This document shows, one piece after another, positions 57,254 through 64,000 of a stretch of DNA of 64,000 nucleotides. How positions within the stretch are numbered: position 1 is the stretch's first letter; every line of letters begins with the position of its first letter. The position numbers and the translations under genes are program-made. This stretch comes from Tubulanus polymorphus (Eukaryota > Animalia > Nemertea). The DNA is taken from NCBI RefSeq assembly GCF_964204645.1, contig NC_134029.1, forward strand, positions 14,314,850 through 14,378,849, read 5' to 3'. The notes under the pieces were generated by a model, which saw nothing but the letters and a program-made list of their open reading frames with translations, made no database searches and was not told where the DNA came from.

Positions 57254-57493
57254 TTAGGTCCCTATATTTGGGGGCAGAATTTTCGACTTCTCCATGTAAT
57301 CCTTGGAGATGGTTGCTAATGAAACCGCAACCGTGAGTTTCATAGCTTCGGAAAGGTCAGCCTTGGAGGGATCACCCACATCGAAGCGTAGCATTTTCTT
57401 CCCGAGCATCGCGTACCCTACGGTCAGTCCGCTTAGAACGGCCGAGTGATAAAGTACGTTTGCGATTGTTCGATAGTCTGGATTCGTTGCCAT
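57254..57493 (-). CDS. Small hydrophobic viral protein (79 aa)
   Basis: Homolog of 38038..38259 (LY..A.LS..TVGY.M..KK..KLT.AV.L..DY.EK.K..PP). Confidence 0.8.
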   Translation of the reverse strand: MATNPDYRTIANVLYHSAVLSGLTVGYAMLGKKMLRFDVGDPSKADLSEAMKLTVAVSLATISKDYMEKSKILPPNIGT

Positions 57494-57853
57494 CGTGCTA
57501 TATCTATCTACAGAAAATTTAGGTCATCTCCACAAGGCGACAAGTTAAAGGTTCGGGTGTTGGTTCCGTGTTTTCTTCGGGTTTCGGGGTTTGGTTTAGC
57601 GCCATTCTCTGATAGTATAGAGCTCCGAGGCCCACTAACAACCCGCCTATCGCGATCCACATTTGCAGGTGTTTTGACTGGGCTCTGTTTTTGTCGTCGG
57701 AACCGACAATCGGGCAGCCGTTTTCTTCGAGGCTCGCTGCTGCCTACTAATTTCGGCAAGCTTTTTGCCCCATGCGACTCGACCAGGGGACTTTTGTTTA
57801 TGCGGGTTAGTCGTCACTTGTTCCACTTGTTTAAGTTCCATCCCTATATGCAA
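57490..57853 (-). pseudogene. Basic protein (KSPGRVAWGKKLAE), frameshifted
   Basis: Position and motif parallel 29052..29438. Confidence 0.55.
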
Positions 57854-57891
57854 GAGAGGAAAATACGACTTACGGGAAAGTGGACAAGTTA

Positions 57892-58381
57892 CTAATCGGC
57901 AAGTGGACTAGTTACTTGCGGACAAGTGGACAAGTCACTTTCCTCAGAATCTGCCATATTCTTCCCGGTGATTACCGCCACGTTCGCGATTGCGAGTATG
58001 GGAGTCTTCAGAATCCTACCCAGATGGCCGAGCTGGTTTTTCATCTCGGCGGTGATAACAAAGTTTTCAGTCAACTCCTTGTTTAGCTGTTCTGCGTCTA
58101 CGTTAGGTCTGAACCACTTGCAGAGCTTGGAATAACCGTAGAGTATGCTGTTGATCAGACTGTCGGAATCCGCGGTTTTCGTACTCCGTCCACGCCCGTT
58201 CGAGCGCTTTCGAGTTCATCTTCTTAAGTTGACCTTCGGATTTCTTGATACCTATTTTTGCAAGCAACCCGCTCTGAGAAAGCCCGACAAGTAGCTGCCT
58301 GCGCCCTTCCGACTCGTCGTCTTCGGGCGATTCTACATCCAACCCAATGTCACTCAGTAGTTCGTCGTAGACTTCGTCCAT
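57892..58381 (-). pseudogene. Homolog of the 194-200 aa Mav1/2 protein, frameshifted
   Basis: ORFs 58103..58381 and 57892..58074 align in pattern with 28475..29059. Confidence 0.6.
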
Positions 58382-58408
58382 GTTCGCTATATGTTAGTCG
58401 TCCAAAAT

Positions 58409-59023
58409 TTAGAATACCCCGTAGGCGAATGGATACTCGAGGCGCATGACGAGACGGGCCCGATTCCTAGCAGAGAGATCTGCGATCACACGTTCCCTTT
58501 TGGTTTTCGGGACGATGTTATATTCACGCAGAGCATCCTTTAAAGCATCCTCGTCTTTTTGGTGGTACAGGACTAACATTCTCAGGTTTTCTAGGAAATC
58601 TTTCAAAACGGCGTAGTATTTTTGAGTGAGCACCCACACTGAGATATTCAGATGACGGCCCGAGAACGCGAGTTTCGTCAATTCGGACGACTTGGTTTTA
58701 GTATCCCTCAAGTTGGCACAGTCGTCTATAAGAAACAGAGTTTGACAATGAGGATCGCCGTATACTTTGGTGCACGTGGAAAGCAAACCGTCTAGGTCGT
58801 TTAACACCGAACCCGGGTTCATGACGAAGATATTGGGGTCCTTCATCACAAACGATCTATCGTAGGTGGTGTTCTCGAGGAAAGTCGGGCAGAAAATCAC
58901 TATATTGTGGAATTTGCCGCGATAGACAGATTGTAGGAGGTCGAGGACGTAGTGCGTTTTTCCGCAGTTCGTTTGCCCCGACACAATCATGTTGAACGGG
59001 GGCTGTAACCAAAGCCTATCCAT
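58409..59023 (-). CDS. A32/FtsK-like packaging ATPase
   Basis: GQTNCGKT, LFLIDD, SGRHLN, TQKY. Confidence 0.93.
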   Translation of the reverse strand: MDRLWLQPPFNMIVSGQTNCGKTHYVLDLLQSVYRGKFHNIVIFCPTFLENTTYDRSFVMKDPNIFVMNPGSVLNDLDGLLSTCTKVYGDPHCQTLFLIDDCANLRDTKTKSSELTKLAFSGRHLNISVWVLTQKYYAVLKDFLENLRMLVLYHQKDEDALKDALREYNIVPKTKRERVIADLSARNRARLVMRLEYPFAYGVF

Positions 59024-59035
59024 CTCCGCTATACA

Positions 59036-60284
59036 TTAGAACAGAATCGCCTTTAATTGGTTGTTCTGGATGTTTACTTGGGCGTCGGCTACGACGTAAA
59101 TGAACATCGTGTACTCCGTTGTGCTGGTAAGGGTGATGGCTAACTGAACGCCGTCCTTTGTGTTGACCAACCTTAGACCAGATCCGTGAAGCGAGTTGTC
59201 GTCTGTGCTTCTGAGATCGATCCACAATGCGTATTTGTCGTCGACGAAGAACGAGAACTCGTCTATGTGCGACTCGTCGGTTTCTTTGGCCGATTCTGGC
59301 ATCAGAAATCTTCTGCACTCTTCCCATTGTTGGTAAGGTTTCAGTCCTTGCTTGTACACTTTGTGAGATAAACCTTCGATCGTGACATCGACGTTCTTGA
59401 TGTTAGGGTTCTGAAACGAGGTGGATTCGGAATCGTACTGCCCGTTGTCAAACTCTTCTTGAAAGAATATCAACAGGCCCTTCATCGACCTTCGGGGAAC
59501 GTTAACGTTTACGTTCAGAATTGTCGAGGTTCCCGTGGATTGACTCCTGAAGAACGTGACGTAGTCGTACAAGAAGCTTACCCCGGCGGACAGGTCGGCT
59601 TCGATCCGTCTGGCGAGCTCCGCCGAATGCACGGTGTCGTATTCGAGGGCTATATTTTTTCACGGAGTATCCCCATGCCTCCGCACTCCCGTTTACAGTG
59701 AACTTGATTTCGTTGAAAGTGATCTCCCTAACAAAGTCCTCGTTGAATGCGAACGGATAGAAAGGACCGTGGTCCGTGTACAGTTCGAAATCAATGGGTA
59801 TGGCGTACCTGTTCTTAAACACCGACTTGATCATCGTTTCCTTGGTGTTGGTTTTCAAGGCGTCTTCTGCATCCGATCTGAGTTTCCTTAAGTTCTCGTT
59901 GCCGATTCCTTCCAGAATCATGTTACTTCGCCTTTTGTCCGTAAGCCACAGATCTTTGTAGGTCTGGAAGACGAAGCTGTAGTTCAAATCCGATAAGATT
60001 TCACCACCCAGTTTGTCAACGATTCTGGCCATTAGGTTCCTCGAAATGTTGTTCACGAAGAAGTTATTAGCCGGACCCTCTTTGCTGAGGTCGAACGTGA
60101 GTTTCAAGCTTCCGGGTACCAGCAGCGTGTTCACCTGCAGTTTTGGTATCCTTACGTAAAGGGTTTCCCCCGGTGACACGGACGAAGGGTTGTGGGTAAT
60201 AACATCGTGGTGTCGATCCGCCTTGACACCTAGCGGTGTTCGAATCTGTCTCGAAGGGTTCAAGTGTTTACCGTATGCAGACAT
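59036..60284 (-). pseudogene. Major capsid protein, one frameshift in a homopolymer run (~59655)
   Basis: ORFs 59502..60329 and 59036..59632 together align end to end with 32738..33985. Confidence 0.88.
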
Positions 60285-60325
60285 AGCAGCTATACTGTAA
60301 GCCAGAAAAAACTCGCTTTTCCGTC

Positions 60326-60616
60326 TCATGGTAATTCTGACCAGCCACCTTGCTCGATAACCCAGTATGCGAGATTGTCGTTGAAGAACTCCGTCGTTCT
60401 AAACGCGATCTCTTCGACGTAATCGAGGTTATCGGTGACTCGGAAGAAATGCTTAGCCAGATAGCTAGCGAATGCGATTAACGTGACTATTCGACCCCAG
60501 TTTACGCGGTTGTCGGTGAACATCTCCTTCCAAATCGCTTCCAGATTTATTTCCTCCCAGGCGAAGCCGGACAGAGCCATGAACTGCAAACTGTATCGTT
60601 CAATGCCTGCGACCAC
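60326..60616 (-). CDS. Bcl-2 family domain (BH1-BH2), fused in frame to the pPolB stump
   Basis: EMFTDNRVNWGRIVTLIAFA (BH1, NWGR) and LAYWVIEQGGW (BH2). Confidence 0.88.
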   Translation of the reverse strand: MVAGIERYSLQFMALSGFAWEEINLEAIWKEMFTDNRVNWGRIVTLIAFASYLAKHFFRVTDNLDYVEEIAFRTTEFFNDNLAYWVIEQGGWSELP

Positions 60617-62266
60617 GCGGAGGTTGTGAAACACGACCGGTATAGGCGTGTATTTCGCGGACAGTCGCAACTTGAGATTGCACTCGTTGTGGGCCGGGCC
60701 CCGGTAGTCACCCGTTATGTGATCGTGATCCCTGACCCGATCATCATAGAGTGGTTTGTCGCATACGTAGCAATTTTCCGCTTCCTCGAATGACGTTTGC
60801 TCCTCCCGAGTAGTTACCATGGGCGCGGGATGGGCGAGCACGCCCTTGATTTTCTCCTCTTCCCCTTGGAGGTGCTGAAGGAATACCGCCGCAGCGTCTT
60901 GGCCTCTATAAAGGACGGGTGGTTCGTGTTTACCGTCGCTTCTCACTACCACGTACGAGAACCCGCACGCCTCGTGAAGTTGAGTCTTTTCGCTACCTTT
61001 CTGGTTCGGGTTCCTTCCGGGCCCCTCGAATTTGGTTGTAATGGCTTCGAAGTCGGCATAGATGACGAACGGAATCTTGAGCTGCTTGTGATGATTGGTG
61101 AACCGCAGCACTCAATCCTCCTCCGAGGGCATACTGGTACGCATCGGACGTCCGTTGACTCCTCGACAATCTGACCTGTGCCTCTCCAGGAGATCTTCTC
61201 TGGTGAAACAATGAAGGCACCGCTCGCAGAAGTGTTTCCTCCCTTCAAACTTACTCTGGGTGAACAACAGGCGATTGAGGTCTTTGATCCATGTGTAATG
61301 CTGTTTCTCACCGCTCTCTACGAGTAGCAAGTTAATTCTAGGAATGGGGGCCGGGCCATCGCTGATATGCAGTGGGTACACGCCTTTGTCATACCCGAAC
61401 ACGTTGATTGCCAGTCCGTTTTGTCGTTCGACCATAGGAATCTGACTCAATGGTGTTGGTGAATCGATGCCTGTAAAGTCAAGCTGGTCCCAGTGATTCG
61501 CATACTTCGATGGCCTCTGGGGGTCTCTCTCTACGGGGTATTTGGAGGCCAGTATTGACCACTTAAGGCAGTGATCATCTCTATTTTTGACATTTACGAC
61601 GGCGTGTCTTCTCTTGACTGCGACGGGGAGGTCGATATAAGAACCGCCTCTCAACGGTTGATATCTGGCGATATTCAGGAATAGTTCGACTACCCTCTCT
61701 ACAGCCCATCCGGAACCTTCTCTCATATAATTCTCAATACTCTGTAAAACCCTAGCTTCAGCTTTACCCAACTCCTCATTTATGTTAGCCGCCTTCGATA
61801 GAACGTATTGCTTCGACCAGAAGGGCGGCTCGACGTGCGCATAGGTGCCGTCGTTCTTCTCCTTCCTCAACGAAACCCGCAGAGCAATGGAGAATTTTAC
61901 ACCCTTAAGGTCAATGATCTCCTCGACTAACTTCTCCCTTACATTGTTCCGCTGCTCGCGCAAGAATATCGACGGATCAGTCACATCGGTGGCTGGTCTC
62001 AAAACCCAGGCCCTCAGATAATTTTGGATAGCAAACGGGGCCCTATGAAACGCGGGTTCTGGCTCCGGTAGAATCTCATCCCAAATCGGATCATCGTCTG
62101 GTATAATGTTTTCTACCTTGTACTTGGGTTTTCTGGGGGCGGGTTTTGGCTTTCTCGGAGCAGGCGTCGGTCTGCGGGTCAACTGGTTGATGGCATCGGC
62201 ATATGTTGCGACATTAATCTGCCCGTCTCGAAGTAAATCGGTCAGACTTTTTACCGCGCTGTCCAT
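60617..62266 (-). pseudogene. pPolB N-terminal half (putative terminal protein region, vOTU-like domain, ExoI, EndoVII); palm/finger/thumb absent; one in-frame stop at 61112
   Basis: GSGW, GGSYIDLP, DDHCLKWS..HYTWI, IYADFE, RDHDHITGDYRGPAHNECN; ends at FHNLR. Confidence 0.9.
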
Positions 62267-62347
62267 TTTGCTTTCGCATATATGAGAAATATATGTCTCT
62301 AAATGGTAATTTTTGGGGGCCCCTCGTCAGAAGTCGGCACACGCCGA

Positions 62348-62979
62348 GTGTTGGCCGGGCCTGGCCATGTCCAAGGGACATGACTCTGGTTGCCTGCCGA
62401 TGTCTCGGTTGTTTGCCGGCTTCTGCGTCAGCATAGAACTTTCTAGGCTATTTCGCAATCAGTGACAATCAGGTCGCAGCGCACCGCTGATAGCGTCAGC
62501 TTAAGAGGTGAATTCCAGGTCAGAGCGTTTCACATACTTGTATATACTGTAAATATCTATGTAAATAACACTTTGTTGTAGGTGCATTATAGCGGTTGGT
62601 TTATAGGTGCCGGAGGGGGTTTGCCGGCCCCTTGGCGTGTTTTCCATGGTCCACAGGGGTTGTCTTCTTAGGGTATTTAGGTGGAGATAAAGCTTTGAGA
62701 GGGTACACGGTATACCGGGGTAAGGATGGGCTGCGCCAGAACCGGGGTCGGGCTGCGCCAGAACCGCGGTCCACAGGGGTTGTCTTCTTAGGGTATTTAG
62801 GTGGAGATAAAGCTTTGAGAGGGTACACGGTATACCGGGGTAAGGATGGGCTGCGCCAGAACCGCGGTCCACAGGGGTTGTCTTCTTAGGGTATTTAGGT
62901 GGAGATAAAGCTTTGAGAGGGTACACGGTATACCGGGGTAAGGGTGGGCTGCGCCAGAACCGCTATTATGTATACTACT
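62348..62979. repeat. Mav3 right TIR with three ~100-120 bp tandem units
   Basis: Reverse complement of 50553-51118 plus an extra unit. Confidence 0.95.
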
Positions 62980-63457
62980 TAATTGAATTTATTTATGATC
63001 CCAAAAGATGATCAAAAGCAAATGATCCGCACTATCTTTAAATTTTTATTTTAAAACAGATTTATCATCGGATTGTTTTTGCCTCATACTATGCCTTTAA
63101 AATGAAAGATCACAGTGGAAGGTAAGCACTTTAGAAGTTCATGGGATTTAATCATTTAATTTTTAAATTTTTTTGTGAGTCCGGGTGTCTATTGTTCCAA
63201 TCGACCACTCGGATAGTTGAGTTTTTGGTTAGATGCATCCTCACCCGTCGACGGATTCGAAACCAGTCAGGTGGGGCCAATCACAGAGCACGATAGCCAT
63301 ATCAACGTTCCACAATAGGAGTGCTCCGTCCGGGTTACATTATTTCTAAATTATTTCGGTATCTTGATTATCTCAAGTTCCATTATTCTCTCTCTGTAAG
63401 AACGTTATGAATATATTGTATTTCACTGTCAATGGGAGAGGGAAAAAATATGTCCGT

Positions 63458-63525
63458 GGCTGTGCGCTTCACCAAGTTTAGACTTTGACATATTAAGCGC
63501 ACAGCGAGCGCCGAAGGCGCGAGCT
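63458..63525 (+). mobile_element. Tail-to-head junction of two HINE-like elements
   Basis: 3' end ctgtgcgctt-hairpin-acata is immediately followed by 5' end ttaagcgcacag and the gcgagcgccgaaggcgcgagc hairpin. Confidence 0.6.
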
Positions 63526-64000
63526 GGAAGCTCCTTAAGTTAATCGCGCGTATGAGGCAAATTCAAATTTTCTATATTTCTCCATACCGTCCTTCTAAAA
63601 AAGTGTAGTTTACATCCGGGACACATGGGCATTGGCTAAATCGCGGCAACGAAAATGACGGTCACGGACGGACTTTCGTCGAAACTTGCGGGCCGCGTCT
63701 CGCGGGTAGTTTAAATACGTCAATGAAGGATAACAAAATGATTTTGTGTAATTTTCAGAATATTTACAAAGAATATTCACAAAATATTGTCAAAAAATGT
63801 TATTTTTAGTTCGTATTTCTCCGTAGAAACCGATTGGAAGACTGGATTCGAATCCCACAAAAAGCACAGTCCCTTAGCAACGGGTCAAATTTTTTAGAAT
63901 AACTAGCGCGCCGGTTTCACAGCATCACTAAGGGTCGAGTCCCGGAGAATGAGGCGCGCGCGCGGTCCGCGTGTTACAAAAAGACCGTCCCGTTACACAC

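Larger units (their letters stand above)
50553..62979 (-). mobile_element. Mav3: GC-richer Maverick/Polinton-like element, 12.4 kb, carrying RT-RNase H; no integrase or pPolB core seen
   Basis: AGTAGT...ACTACT termini and ~570-630 bp TIRs. Perfect 6 bp TSD taattg (50547-50552 / 62980-62985). MCP, ATPase, penton and five other ORFs are homologous to Mav1/2. Confidence 0.95.

Overview
Eukaryotic (probably marine invertebrate) repeat-dense window with no recognisable host gene. It holds three integrated Maverick/Polinton-type (adintovirus-like) elements, each with TIRs and a target-site duplication. Mav1 is 4786-21633 and very AT-rich. Mav2 is 25782-41302, a close relative of Mav1, inserted into the Rep gene of an OTU-Rep-PIF1 Helitron2/Helentron. 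Mav3 is 50553-62979, more GC-rich and divergent. The window also contains a decayed CR1/L2-type LINE, two MITEs, non-autonomous Helentron-type elements and minisatellites. All three viral copies carry stops, frameshifts or deletions. Two observations stand out. (1) Every end of Mav1 and Mav2 is itself a 266-404 bp fold-back palindrome reaching the terminal base. Its arm differences are G.T/G.A pairs on the 3'-ending strand, which suggests self-priming hairpin ends rather than plain TIRs. (2) Mav3 has no integrase and no pPolB catalytic core, but carries an endonuclease-less non-LTR-type RT + RNase H gene packed like a resident gene and read from the left TIR. Mav3 also has a Bcl-2 domain fused to the pPolB stump and a VLTF3-like ORF. 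Protein calls come from motif recognition by eye; no database searches were run.
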